From: a candidate division WOR-3 bacterium
Lineage (GTDB): Bacteria; Hydrothermota; Hydrothermia; JBDRYB01
DNA length: 64,000 nucleotides
Direction: 5' to 3'
Assembly: GCA_039803205.1 (NCBI GenBank)
Contig: JBDRYB010000002.1
Span: forward strand, 64,001 to 128,000
The translations under genes were made by a program, and so were the position numbers. This document shows positions 38,338 to 48,545 of this stretch, piece by piece (within the stretch, counting starts at the first letter, position 1; each line of letters starts with the position of its first letter). The notes below the pieces were generated by a model that made no database searches, was not told where the DNA came from, and saw only the letters and a list, made by a program, of their open reading frames with translations.

Positions 38338-39138
38338 ATGAAACTGCTCGTTCCTACCGATTTTTCTCCTTATTCTGACAGAGCCCTGGAACTGGCAGAT
38401 CTCATTGCCAGAAAAACCAAGGGGGAGATAACCCTCCTGAATGTGATATATGACCTCAGGGAATCGCCTCTGTTCCCAACAATAGTAAGCGGCATTGTTG
38501 CCGAGAGCCTTGAGGCGAGGAGAAAAGAAAACCTCACCAGGCTGAGGGAAATAGCCGAGACCAATCCCTTGATCAAAATGACAATCGCCGAATTCGGGGA
38601 AGCGCACAGGGTAATCCTTGAGCGCGGATCATCTTGCGACCTGATCGTCATGGGAACAAGGGGGATACACGGGCTTTCTGGCGCTTTGGTTGGTTCTGTG
38701 ACCCTTAGGGTCCTTAGAAAGGCTGTGGTTCCATTGATAACGGTCAGGGAAAAGGTTCCAAATGACATAAAGAAGGTGGTGGCGGCCACGGATACATCAG
38801 AGGTTTCCGGCAAGGCCCTGAACGCGGCAATTGCCCTGGCAAGGGCCGTGGGTGCTGAGATGATCCCTGTTTACATAGACACCATAGCCAGATATGTCTC
38901 TGAGGGCAAGGTCTATTGGCAGAGGGTCGTAGAACGCGTCTCAGCGATATCCGAGTGCAAGGATTGCAAAATATATCAATCAGATAGCCCTGTTCGCGGG
39001 ATAATTGAGTTCTCAGAGCGCGAGGGAGCTGACCTCATAACCGTAGGAGCACGAGGGCTTTCTGGGATCCGTGAGGTGGTCGGAAGCACGGCAATAGGCG
39101 TTATGTCCTCCGCCTCAGCCCCTGTAATGGTGGTTTGA
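38338..39138 (+). CDS. Universal stress protein (tandem USP domains)
   Basis: LLVPTDFS, DLIVMGTRG...GSVT, VAATDTS, DLITVGARG...GST. Confidence 0.9.
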   Translation: MKLLVPTDFSPYSDRALELADLIARKTKGEITLLNVIYDLRESPLFPTIVSGIVAESLEARRKENLTRLREIAETNPLIKMTIAEFGEAHRVILERGSSCDLIVMGTRGIHGLSGALVGSVTLRVLRKAVVPLITVREKVPNDIKKVVAATDTSEVSGKALNAAIALARAVGAEMIPVYIDTIARYVSEGKVYWQRVVERVSAISECKDCKIYQSDSPVRGIIEFSEREGADLITVGARGLSGIREVVGSTAIGVMSSASAPVMVV

Positions 39139-40055
39139 GCCGGCTCGCGTTATCAACCAGCTGGAACGCCCGGCGCATGGCCACGGGCGCTGAGGTCGTG
39201 GATTCCATCATCGGCCTGGGAATAACGAGCCTTGAGCTCTCATACAACCTTGAGCCAGACATGGCATGCGATGTAATCGCGCGCATAGGGGAAACAGGGG
39301 CCACGCTTGTTTCCCTCCATCATCCCTGCCCCATGCCCGCGGGCTTTACGAAGGACCAGGCCTCAGGGGAGATCTACAACCCAGCCTCATTTGAAGAAGA
39401 GGAAAGAACGCTCGCAGTCAAGAGCCTCATGAGAACCCTTGAGTTCGCGGCTGAAAATGGGGTTAGGATCGTTATCCTCCACGCGGGAAACATCCCCGAA
39501 ACGCGAGAAGCTGAGCATGAGATGGCTGAGCTGTTCAAGGAAGGGAACGAGTCCTGGCTCCGGATGAGGGACGATCTGCTTCGGGAAAGACAGAGGCAGA
39601 TGTCAGCGCGGCTCAGTGCCCTGATGCGCGTCCTAGATGAGGTCGTCTTTGGATACGAAGAAGCTGGGGTCAGCCTCGCGATTGAAAACCGTTATTACAT
39701 AACGGATATACCGGATATTGAAGAAACAGCTAGGCTCCTTGAGAGCTACCCTCCCCTCCTATACTGGCACGATACGGGCCACGCTCGAGCGCGGGCGTGC
39801 TGGGGCCTTGAGGGGGAATATGACGCGCTGAAGGAATTCCGGGAGCGTCTCGCTGGCTATCACATCCACGACGCGGAGGGCCATAGGGATCACAAGGCCC
39901 CTGGCAAGGGAGACATTGATTTCGCTGAGATCCTCAGGCTTGGCGGAACCGGAGGCAAGGCCCTCGTGCTTGAGCCTGGAAGATGGGTTAAAGAGGAGGA
40001 CCTGCGAAATGGTATAACCCTGCTTGAGGATATCCTGAGAAGGGTAGGGACATAA
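39135..40055 (+). CDS. Sugar phosphate isomerase/epimerase / AP-endonuclease-2 TIM barrel
   Basis: SLHHP, ILHAG, AIENR, WHDTGH, HIHD, DH-x-x-PG-x-G-x-IDF, VLE. Confidence 0.85.
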   Translation: MSRLALSTSWNARRMATGAEVVDSIIGLGITSLELSYNLEPDMACDVIARIGETGATLVSLHHPCPMPAGFTKDQASGEIYNPASFEEEERTLAVKSLMRTLEFAAENGVRIVILHAGNIPETREAEHEMAELFKEGNESWLRMRDDLLRERQRQMSARLSALMRVLDEVVFGYEEAGVSLAIENRYYITDIPDIEETARLLESYPPLLYWHDTGHARARACWGLEGEYDALKEFRERLAGYHIHDAEGHRDHKAPGKGDIDFAEILRLGGTGGKALVLEPGRWVKEEDLRNGITLLEDILRRVGT

Positions 40056-40080
40056 TCCGAAAAGCCGCAGAACGCGGTTA

Positions 40081-42612
40081 TCACCTCACGATCATCAATT
40101 TCTTCACATCGTTTGACTTCTGCGTTCTGAAAACAACGAGGTAAAGCCCTGGTTGAGCCCTTGCGCCGGAGCCGGTTCTCCCGTCCCAGAAATAGGGTTC
40201 CTCAGAGCCGGGGGATTCCTCATCGTGCGCCTCAGACCAAACCAAAAGCCCATCTATGGTATATACCAAAAGCTCACTAAACGACGAGCGGCTTAGCATC
40301 TGATACTCAAAACGGACACCAGCCGCCCTATCCGGATTAAAGGGGTTCGGGTATATCCTCGTTATCGCGTCCCTGGTTGATCCTGGGACCTCGGGAGGCT
40401 CCGCGTTCAACGCGTCCCAGGCGTTCAGCATTCCCCAACCCGTGAGGTAGTTCGCATCGGTGTATCCTGGGATGTCAGAGCCTGTCCTCAGGAGAACCTT
40501 TCTCAGGCTGTCCGCTGACCAGGACGGGTGAGCCTGCCAAACGCAAGCGGCCGCGCCTGCCGAGAGGGCCGAGCTGAAGCTCGTTCCCGAAAAGAAAAGG
40601 TAGAATGTGGTGTCCTGCTCCCCAAAGAAGACCGTGTCAGCGGCCGCGTAGGCCCAGAAAGGCGCAACCAGCTCGGGCTTTGTCCTGCCATCGGCCGATG
40701 GCCCGTATGCGCTTGAATATGATGGGACCCATACCCCGTTCAGGGAATCCCATTCAACGCCACCAATAGCGCATATTCCAAAGGCGTCAGCCGGCGCGGA
40801 AAGGCTCGTGTCCCCGACATTTGGGAGAGGCGGAGGCCCGGATCTGGCCACATTTCCCATTGAGTTGAATATCAGGATGTTCTCGGAAAGGGCTCTTCCA
40901 GCGGCCCTTGATGATGGAGCGGTCTTGCCATCCATATCCGAATCAAAATACCAATCCCTATATCCTAGCGAGCTGTTGACTATCCGCGCGCCGTGCCTTC
41001 CAGCCCATTCCAAAGCCTCAACCCAGAAATCCTCCTCAATCAGGTTCTCAAAGCTTCCAGCCTGGCTCGTCACAACCTTCTCGCATTTTGCCAGAAGGAG
41101 ATCGCATCCTGGGGCTGTTCCAACCAGGGTTTTCTCAACTAGTCCTGCTATGACGGAGAGGATCTTGGTCCCATGATAGTGTCCGGGGCCAGCGGTTGGC
41201 GTCTCCGCTGATCCATCTCCCCTCCTCTCCCAGACAAGAACCCCGGAGGAAAGAGCGGGCTTCTCGGAGAACTCCTCGCCGAACCTGGCTATCCGGTTCC
41301 CGGATTTGCCGTAAAGCGTTATGGTTCCAGCGCTGTCCTCTGAAGCAATGACAACCTGGCCGCCGTAGATCCCAACAGAGGCTGGGCTTGGCATCGGACA
41401 AACCGTTATCGGCCTCATCGCAAAACCTCCGGAGGGGCCTGGGGAGGACCCGAATATGAGGGTATCTCCCCTCCAATAGGCAATGTAGAGGCTGTCAGAT
41501 GCAAAAAGGCAAGGAAGGGTGCCCTGATCAATGAAACCCGTTTGCCATACTGAACCATCATACCATGCGATGTTGAGTGATGAGCCGTCGCTCGCGAGGA
41601 TTACCGGCGTGTCCTGGAACATGGCTGAGCCCATCCCCCAATAATCTGCCAGAGGAATGATTAGGGTTCCTGTGGAAAAGCTCGTTCCGTAATCCGTTGA
41701 ATGGGCCTCGTAGATGCCATGGCCCGGAACATAGTAAAAAACATAAACATTCGCTCCGGACGAGGCTTGCTTGGGGTCAATTCCCTCACCTAAGTTCGCC
41801 ACATCAAAGGGGGATGGGTTGTTGTGCCTTATCTTTGCGAACCTCACACGCGGGGTTGTGCCCTCTTGCCAGGCAAGGCCAAATGTATCCCCGGAAAGGA
41901 ACGAAAGTGATGGCCTTGTGGCAAAATAGCCAGCGCTGAGCTTTGTTGGGGACGAGAAAACGCCCTGATTATCGCCAAAAGAGAAGTATATGTTCCAGCG
42001 GTTTGACCCAGGAGAGGCAAGGGAATCCTCCGTGCTCGCTGAGAAAGCGAGGACTGACATCGCCCCCTGAACCGAAAGGCTCATACTATTTACATAGGAG
42101 GGCTCATCGGGGGGGAAACCCGGAAGCGCAATCCTCCCTGCCTGACTGAATAGGCTGTCGCCTGAGTTGAAGTCATGCTGAGCCTTCAATCTGTCCGTTC
42201 CTTTTATGTGTCTGAGACACGGGTGGTTCAAATCAAATCCAGCATCAAGAACCGCAACGCGAACTCCAGTCCCTATGTAACCAGCATCGTGAACCTTGTC
42301 AACTGATATCGCTTCAACCTGTTGTCTGCCGGTTTCCCCATAATCATAGAGATGATCCTTGCCCCCAGCGGTCTCGTAACGCCCCTCTGCCACAAATGCC
42401 TTTTTGCCCCTCATGGCCTCAACAGCGCCCGCAGGGAGCCAGAAGGATACCGCGCAAAGCCACCTGGATTCCGCCCTCTTTCTCGCGCCGAGGCACTCAG
42501 CGAGATACGGGTTCGCGGAATCAAAGACCCAGACCTTCCGAAAATCCCCTGGTTTTGAGCTCTTTGCCCAATCTGATGGGTTTATTGCCAAAACGAAAAG
42601 AAATACGCTCAT
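40081..42612 (-). CDS. S8 serine peptidase with inserted propeller-like domain and C-terminal FlgD/T9SS-like Ig domain
   Basis: VAVLDAG (Asp), HGT (His), GTSFS (Ser), KPELVAP; YPNPFNP...WDG...GLY tail. Confidence 0.88.
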   Translation of the reverse strand: MSVFLFVLAINPSDWAKSSKPGDFRKVWVFDSANPYLAECLGARKRAESRWLCAVSFWLPAGAVEAMRGKKAFVAEGRYETAGGKDHLYDYGETGRQQVEAISVDKVHDAGYIGTGVRVAVLDAGFDLNHPCLRHIKGTDRLKAQHDFNSGDSLFSQAGRIALPGFPPDEPSYVNSMSLSVQGAMSVLAFSASTEDSLASPGSNRWNIYFSFGDNQGVFSSPTKLSAGYFATRPSLSFLSGDTFGLAWQEGTTPRVRFAKIRHNNPSPFDVANLGEGIDPKQASSGANVYVFYYVPGHGIYEAHSTDYGTSFSTGTLIIPLADYWGMGSAMFQDTPVILASDGSSLNIAWYDGSVWQTGFIDQGTLPCLFASDSLYIAYWRGDTLIFGSSPGPSGGFAMRPITVCPMPSPASVGIYGGQVVIASEDSAGTITLYGKSGNRIARFGEEFSEKPALSSGVLVWERRGDGSAETPTAGPGHYHGTKILSVIAGLVEKTLVGTAPGCDLLLAKCEKVVTSQAGSFENLIEEDFWVEALEWAGRHGARIVNSSLGYRDWYFDSDMDGKTAPSSRAAGRALSENILIFNSMGNVARSGPPPLPNVGDTSLSAPADAFGICAIGGVEWDSLNGVWVPSYSSAYGPSADGRTKPELVAPFWAYAAADTVFFGEQDTTFYLFFSGTSFSSALSAGAAACVWQAHPSWSADSLRKVLLRTGSDIPGYTDANYLTGWGMLNAWDALNAEPPEVPGSTRDAITRIYPNPFNPDRAAGVRFEYQMLSRSSFSELLVYTIDGLLVWSEAHDEESPGSEEPYFWDGRTGSGARAQPGLYLVVFRTQKSNDVKKLMIVR

Positions 42613-42956
42613 CTCAGCTCTCCAGGAACCCAGGGTTCTCCTGTGGTTATGGTGGTTTCCGGCTCAACTAAGAGGACGAGAGCATCCCCGTAATCAGCGC
42701 GTGAACGGTGCCTCAGCCCCGCCTTGACGAGATAAGCCTGGCCCGGAGTCAGCTTTACTGTCCCCTTATCAGTGTCTATTTCAACCACTCCAGAGAGCAC
42801 ATAAAACAGCTCATCCTCGTTCCTGTGCACATGCCAATGGTAAGAACCCCTCAGCCTAGCAAGCCTTATAGCTATTCCCGAGAACCTGACAAGGTCCTTG
42901 GGAACCCAAACCTCATCTATTTTCTGTGCCTCCTTTAGTATATCTATCGGTTCCAT
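42609..42956 (-). CDS. Cupin domain protein
   Basis: WHVHRNEDELFYVLSG...V-x-x-G-x-x-H. Confidence 0.88.
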   Translation of the reverse strand: MEPIDILKEAQKIDEVWVPKDLVRFSGIAIRLARLRGSYHWHVHRNEDELFYVLSGVVEIDTDKGTVKLTPGQAYLVKAGLRHRSRADYGDALVLLVEPETTITTGEPWVPGELR

Positions 42957-43050
42957 GCTATCCGAAATGTTAATCTGTCGGCTCAGCGGTTTTCAACTTG
43001 CAGGCTCACTAGTTATTAATCCGCCAGCTTGAATTTGAGGGCATAATTCG

Positions 43051-44913
43051 CTATTTGGATTTCCTTCTCCTCCTGCCCACCCTTCTCCCTCTTTTACCCT
43101 GCCTGAACTGGTCCTTGTAGAAGAGAGGGGTATCTTGCGGAACAGAGGCTTTAAGCTCATCAGCCTTCGCCTCAAAGGCCGCGAGCTCGCGCTCAAAAGG
43201 CCCCCAAAACTCGTGCAGGACATCCTGCCAGGAGATCTCACCCTCCTCTACTCTGTCAAGGTCCTCCTCCATCTTGGCAGTGAAATCCTCCCTGAATACC
43301 TCAGAAAAATTGGGAGTGAGGATGTCAGAGACAAGGATTCCCAAGGGGGTTGCGACCAGCGCTCGCTTTTCTCTCTGCGCGTATCCCCTGAGAAACAGGG
43401 TTGAGACGATAGTAGCGTATGTTGAGGGCCTTCCTATGCCTTTTTCCTCAAGGGTTTTTATCAGGGACGCCTCCGTGAACCTGGGCGGGGGCTCGGTCTC
43501 CCTTTCCTCGGTCTCAAGGCTGAGCAATTTCAGTATATCACCTGGTTTCATGATGGGCAAAGGTTCTGCCTTTACCTCCTCACCCGTTATCCTGTAGAAA
43601 CCCTCAAAAAGGAGCTTCCTCCCGGCCGCTTGGAATGTAATCTCAGGAAGCCCATCGGGATGCAATTTCGCTGAATAAGTCTCAAATAGCGCATCCTTGG
43701 CCTGGCTAGCGACGGCCCTCCTCCAGATTATGCTGTAGATTCTGAACTGATCCTCGGAAAGGTGGCCCCTTATGCTCTCAGGGGTGCGTCTGGGATCCGT
43801 TGGTCTTATGCACTCGTGCGCGGCCTGAACCCCTTTGGCTTTATCCTGATAAACCCTGGGTTTCTCCGAGAGAAAGGCCTCCCCCCATGTCTCTGAAATC
43901 AAATCCCTTATCTCCTTGACTGCCTTATCCGCCATCCTGACCGAATCCGTCCTCATGTAAGTTATGAGGCCAGTTCTCCCCTCAGGCAGATCGACGCCTT
44001 CATAGAGGCTTTGGGCTATGGACATGGTCTTCGCGGGGCTGAATCCGAAAATGTTTGAGGCCTCCTGCTGAAGGGTGCTTGTCTTGTGGGGAGGCGGAGG
44101 CGAGGACTTCCTCTTTGCCACCCTAAACTCGTCAACAATGAAGTTTCTCTTCCCTATCCTCTCAGCCATCTCTTTGGCCTCTGAGAAGTTCTTTATGCGC
44201 TCAGGGTGCCTTGCCTGAAACCTGGCCTTTTTGTGTTCCAGCTCAGCCACCAGTATCCAGTATTTTTCGGGAACAAATGCCTTTATCTCCTTCTCCCTGT
44301 CCACCAGCATTTTCAACGCGACGGTCTGAACCCTGCCAGCAGAAAGACCCCCGCGGATTATCTTCCACAGGAATGGAGAGACCTTATAGCCAACCAATCT
44401 ATCAAGTATGCGCCTTGCCTGTTGACTGTTGACCTTGCGCATGTCTATATCGGTCGGGTTGGCCATGGCCCTCTGAACCTCCTCCCTTGTTATCTCGTAA
44501 AAGAGAACCCTTTTTATGGGAGCCTGGGTGTATTTTGATATGTCCTCAGCAATGTGATAGGCTATTGCCTCACCCTCACGGTCAGGGTCGGTTCCCATGA
44601 ATATCTGGCTGGCGTTCTGCGCGGCTTCCCTCAGGGCCTTCAGTATCCCTGCTTTTCCTCTTACCACGATGTATTTGGGTTCAAAGTTGTTCTCTATCTC
44701 AACCCCAAGAGCGCTCTTCGGAAGATCAATAAGGTGGCCCTGAGAAGCGAGAATCTGGTAATCCTTTCCCAGGTATCCGCTGAGGGTGTGGGCCTTTGTC
44801 GGGGACTCAACTATGAGGAGCTTTTTCCTGTCGGCGGCGCCACCCTTGGGCTTCTTTATGCCGGTTGGCAATCTCGGCGAAGACCTTCTCTTTCTCGTCG
44901 GTATGCCAGCCAT
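43051..44913 (-). CDS. topA: DNA topoisomerase I (type IA)
   Basis: IVESPTKA, TDPDREGEAIA, SAGRVQ, GLITYMRTDS, AHECIRPT, GIGRPSTYA; no C-terminal Zn ribbons. Confidence 0.96.
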   Translation of the reverse strand: MAGIPTRKRRSSPRLPTGIKKPKGGAADRKKLLIVESPTKAHTLSGYLGKDYQILASQGHLIDLPKSALGVEIENNFEPKYIVVRGKAGILKALREAAQNASQIFMGTDPDREGEAIAYHIAEDISKYTQAPIKRVLFYEITREEVQRAMANPTDIDMRKVNSQQARRILDRLVGYKVSPFLWKIIRGGLSAGRVQTVALKMLVDREKEIKAFVPEKYWILVAELEHKKARFQARHPERIKNFSEAKEMAERIGKRNFIVDEFRVAKRKSSPPPPHKTSTLQQEASNIFGFSPAKTMSIAQSLYEGVDLPEGRTGLITYMRTDSVRMADKAVKEIRDLISETWGEAFLSEKPRVYQDKAKGVQAAHECIRPTDPRRTPESIRGHLSEDQFRIYSIIWRRAVASQAKDALFETYSAKLHPDGLPEITFQAAGRKLLFEGFYRITGEEVKAEPLPIMKPGDILKLLSLETEERETEPPPRFTEASLIKTLEEKGIGRPSTYATIVSTLFLRGYAQREKRALVATPLGILVSDILTPNFSEVFREDFTAKMEEDLDRVEEGEISWQDVLHEFWGPFERELAAFEAKADELKASVPQDTPLFYKDQFRQGKRGRRVGRRRRKSK

Positions 44914-45004
44914 AAGGGGCAAATGATAAAGGAAGTTTCTGGCTGAGCGCAAGTTCGGATTCAGAATCTCCAAATCGCACTCAACTTGCGCACGGCCATA
45001 TCAT

Positions 45005-45571
45005 ATGCAACCTAAAGTGCACCTTAGAAAGGCAATTCACGCCCTATCCGGCCTAATCGGCATAGGGGTTCTCGTTTTCCCCAAACCCGCAATGGTGGCA
45101 CTTTGCTCGTGCGGGCTTGCGCTCGCGGGGCTCATTGATATAATAAGGCTCAGATGGGGATTCAGGGGGCCGATAAAGGGGCTCTCCCGTCTCTTCAAAG
45201 AAAAGGAAGGCCAAACCATATCCGGATCAACCGCTCTCCTTGCCAGCTACCTGTTTCTCGTAGCGTTGTTTCCTGCCCCGGCCGCGGCTTTCGCTATTTT
45301 GTTCTTCTCGCTCGGCGACCCCCTCGCATCCCTTTTCGGCAAATACTTCCCCATATGGAGATTCAGGGAGAAGAGCGTGGGTGGGGCACTTGCTTTTATC
45401 CTCGTGGGGCTTGCCCTGAGCGCGACTTTACCCGGCTTGAGCTTTTGGATTAAAATATGCGCCTCGGTTATCGGAGCCTTGGCCGAGTTTCTGGCCGGGG
45501 ATGTGGATGATAACCTGACGGTGCCAATAGCTGTCGGGGTAATTATGCTTGTTGCTAACAAGGTTTTCTAG
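45005..45571 (+). CDS. SEC59/DGK1/VTE5-type CTP-dependent polyprenol/diacylglycerol kinase
   Basis: RKAIH, GDPLASLFG, KSVGG, AE...DDNLTVP. Confidence 0.82.
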   Translation: MQPKVHLRKAIHALSGLIGIGVLVFPKPAMVALCSCGLALAGLIDIIRLRWGFRGPIKGLSRLFKEKEGQTISGSTALLASYLFLVALFPAPAAAFAILFFSLGDPLASLFGKYFPIWRFREKSVGGALAFILVGLALSATLPGLSFWIKICASVIGALAEFLAGDVDDNLTVPIAVGVIMLVANKVF

Positions 45572-45584
45572 GAGGTTAACAGAA

Positions 45585-47636
45585 ATGAAGAGGTCGCTTC
45601 TTTATCTTGTTGGAACGATGATCGTCGGATGCACGCCAGGCTTGGTGAGGAACCCCGATCTCAGCCTGAAGTATCCTGAGGCCGCAAAAGCGAAGTCCTC
45701 TGAGATGAAGGAGGACTATTCCGGAGCTGAGCAGGCATACAAGAGCCTCGCGCAGAAAAACCTGCCCGGGATAGAGAGGTTCTGGGTCCTCGTGAACATG
45801 GCTGACCTATACTACGACAAGCTTGGCCAGCCGGAGAAGGCAGCTGAGGCACTTGAGGAGGCCGGAAAGATATTGCCCGAAAGAAATCCCCTCCAAGACG
45901 AGGTTCTTTATCGGAAAGGGCTTTGCCTTGAGATGATGGGGAAGACAGTTGACGCGGCAAAGGCCTTTGAGCAGGTTGCGACCCAGTTCAGACAGAGCCC
46001 GTGGTCCCAGGATGCCCTTGATGGGGTTGAGAGGGTCTTTGAGCGCAACTTCAAGGAGTATGCCGCGGCCATGGTTGATCCCAGAACCGGGGATACCATT
46101 TACATAACGAAGCTACAGGTTGACAAGGCCCTTGACCAGATACCACCTATGTATCGCCCGAGGTATGAGACCCCTGAGGGAAAGGTGGAGCTGGTTGAGC
46201 GCTTGCTGGACGAGGAGCTGTCCCTCCTTGAGGGCGCGGTTCTCAGGCTGGACACCCTTCCTGATGTCATTAAGGAAATAAAGAGGGCAAAGGTGAGCGC
46301 TCTCCAGAGGGTCTATTACACGGAGGAGATCCAGGCCAAGGTTGAGATAGCTGACAAGGAGATAAAGAAGTATTACATGGACCACAAGGAGGAGTTCAAA
46401 CAGCCCGGTCAGGCAAGGGTCAAGAGGGTTGTCCTCAAGAGCCAGGATGAGGCAAACCAGGTTGCAGAAAGGATAAAGGCTGGCGAGAGCGTGGACTCCC
46501 TCGCTAACCAGATGACCCTCTTCAAACACGAGGCAGGCAGGGGTGGCGAGTTCATAGTCTATTCAACCCAGGACGCCTACAAGCTCTTCTACGACGGCGT
46601 GATGGCGCTCAAGGACTCGGTCGGGGTCGTGCAGGTTGACGATACCCTCTGGGCCGCTGTCAGGGTTCTTGAGAAAAAGGAGCCCGGATACAAGACAGTG
46701 GATGAGGTGAGGTCCCAGATAATCCGCAATATCAGAAGCGACAAGGAGCGCGCCGCGTGGGATGCCAGGAAGGCCGATCTCAGAAAGAAATACGGCGTGA
46801 AGGTGATGATAGATACCCTCACCCAGGAGCTCCCTGAGACCCTCGCGGTGATAACCCTCATGGAAAGGGCTATAACCAAAAAGGACTTTGAGGACAAGCT
46901 CTCAGAGATACCCCCCATGTTCAAGGCTCGCTATGAGCAACCATCGGGCAGGCTCATGCTGGTGGAGAACATGATTGATGAGATAATCGTCACTGCTGAC
47001 GCGAACGAGAAGAAGATGTATCTGAAGTCCTCTGTTGTGTCTGAAATGAACACTGCCAGGAAGAGGGCGCTCATGGGGGGCTATTACGCCACCCAGATAA
47101 GGGCAAATGTGCAGGTGAGCCAGGACGAGATAGCCAAGTATTACAAGGATCACAAGGAGGACTTCAGGGTTCCAGCACAGGTCAAGTGTCAGAGGATAGT
47201 TGTGAGGGACAAGAGGCAGGCGAACGAGGTCCTCGCTATGGTCAAGAAGGGGGATCTGAGCTTTGACTCCTTGGCCATAAAGTTCTCCATACTTCAGGGC
47301 GAGGCACGAAGGGGCGGCGAGGTCACGGTCTTTGAGAAGCAGGAACCCATCAACTTCTACAACGAGGTCTCAAAGAAGAAGGCCGGATGGCTTGGGATTG
47401 TCCCGTTCGCGGATACTGCTTGGGCTGTGGTGAAGGTGAAGGAGGTCCAGAAGGCGAGCTACAGGCCCCTTGAGGAGGTTTCCCCCCAGATAGAAAGGAC
47501 AATAAGAGCCGAGAAGGAAAAGGACCTCGCTTTCAGGCGCAAAGACGAGCTCAAGAAGAAGTATTCGGTCGTGCTATACATAGAGCCAACCCAGGGGACA
47601 GAGGAAAGCCCCCAACCAACGCCACCGGAAAAGTAG
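45585..47636 (+). CDS. Lipoprotein: TPR domain + two PpiC/parvulin-type (PrsA/SurA-like) modules
   Basis: Lipobox IVGC, TPR repeats, duplicated EI-x-KYY-x-DHKE-x-F...P-x-Q...EV-x-x-QI units; GGAGG SD. Confidence 0.8.
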   Translation: MKRSLLYLVGTMIVGCTPGLVRNPDLSLKYPEAAKAKSSEMKEDYSGAEQAYKSLAQKNLPGIERFWVLVNMADLYYDKLGQPEKAAEALEEAGKILPERNPLQDEVLYRKGLCLEMMGKTVDAAKAFEQVATQFRQSPWSQDALDGVERVFERNFKEYAAAMVDPRTGDTIYITKLQVDKALDQIPPMYRPRYETPEGKVELVERLLDEELSLLEGAVLRLDTLPDVIKEIKRAKVSALQRVYYTEEIQAKVEIADKEIKKYYMDHKEEFKQPGQARVKRVVLKSQDEANQVAERIKAGESVDSLANQMTLFKHEAGRGGEFIVYSTQDAYKLFYDGVMALKDSVGVVQVDDTLWAAVRVLEKKEPGYKTVDEVRSQIIRNIRSDKERAAWDARKADLRKKYGVKVMIDTLTQELPETLAVITLMERAITKKDFEDKLSEIPPMFKARYEQPSGRLMLVENMIDEIIVTADANEKKMYLKSSVVSEMNTARKRALMGGYYATQIRANVQVSQDEIAKYYKDHKEDFRVPAQVKCQRIVVRDKRQANEVLAMVKKGDLSFDSLAIKFSILQGEARRGGEVTVFEKQEPINFYNEVSKKKAGWLGIVPFADTAWAVVKVKEVQKASYRPLEEVSPQIERTIRAEKEKDLAFRRKDELKKKYSVVLYIEPTQGTEESPQPTPPEK

Positions 47637-47663
47637 TCTTACTGGGTTTTAAGGGACGAGAAA

Positions 47664-48545
47664 ATGAGCATATTGGTTGATGAGAACACGAGGGTTGTTA
47701 TCCAGGGTATAACCGGAAGGGACGGTTCCTTTCACGCTAAGGCCATGTTGGACTATGGGACAAAGGTCGTCGCGGGTGTAACGCCCGGAAAGGGGGGCCA
47801 GAAGGTTGAGGGGATCCCAGTGTTCAACACCGTTGCTGAGGCAATAAGGGAAACCGGCGCCAACACATCCTGCATATTCGTTCCTGCTCCGGCTGGTTAT
47901 GACGCCATACTTGAGGCCGCGGACGCCGGGGTAAAGCTCATCGTAGCCATAACAGAGGGCATCCCATCAGGGGACATGGAGAAGGCCATTCGGTTCCTGG
48001 ATCAGAGGGGCGCAAAGCTTATAGGCCCAAACTGTCCAGGAATAATCTCCCCCGGAAAGGCAAAGGTCGGGATATTGCCGGGCCACATTTTCACCCCAGG
48101 GCCTGTTGGCCTCGTTTCCAGGTCAGGAACCCTCACATACGAGGTCGTTTCCCACCTTACAAATCAGGGACTCGGCCAGACAACCGCGATAGGCATGGGA
48201 GGAGATCCCATAATTGGCCTGAAGTTCACGGATTACCTTGAGATGTTTGCGGCTGACCCTGAGACAGAGGCGGTTGTCATAATCGGCGAGATAGGCGGGA
48301 CTGATGAACAGGATGCCGCGCTCTACATAAAGGAGAACTTCAAGAAGCCAGTTGTTGCTTTCATAGCGGGAAGAACCGCGCCGCCCGAAAAGCGCATGGG
48401 CCACGCTGGGGCGATAATATCCGGGTCTGAAGGAACGGCTGAGGAAAAGATAAAGGCCTTTGCTGAGGCGGGCATTCCGACAGCGGCACTCCCTGAGGAG
48501 GTCCCTCTTCTCCTCAAGGAAAGAATGAAAGCGAAGGGGCTTTGA
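47664..48545 (+). CDS. sucD: Succinyl-CoA synthetase alpha subunit
   Basis: [41 protein letters not shown]. Confidence 0.96.
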   Translation: MSILVDENTRVVIQGITGRDGSFHAKAMLDYGTKVVAGVTPGKGGQKVEGIPVFNTVAEAIRETGANTSCIFVPAPAGYDAILEAADAGVKLIVAITEGIPSGDMEKAIRFLDQRGAKLIGPNCPGIISPGKAKVGILPGHIFTPGPVGLVSRSGTLTYEVVSHLTNQGLGQTTAIGMGGDPIIGLKFTDYLEMFAADPETEAVVIIGEIGGTDEQDAALYIKENFKKPVVAFIAGRTAPPEKRMGHAGAIISGSEGTAEEKIKAFAEAGIPTAALPEEVPLLLKERMKAKGL

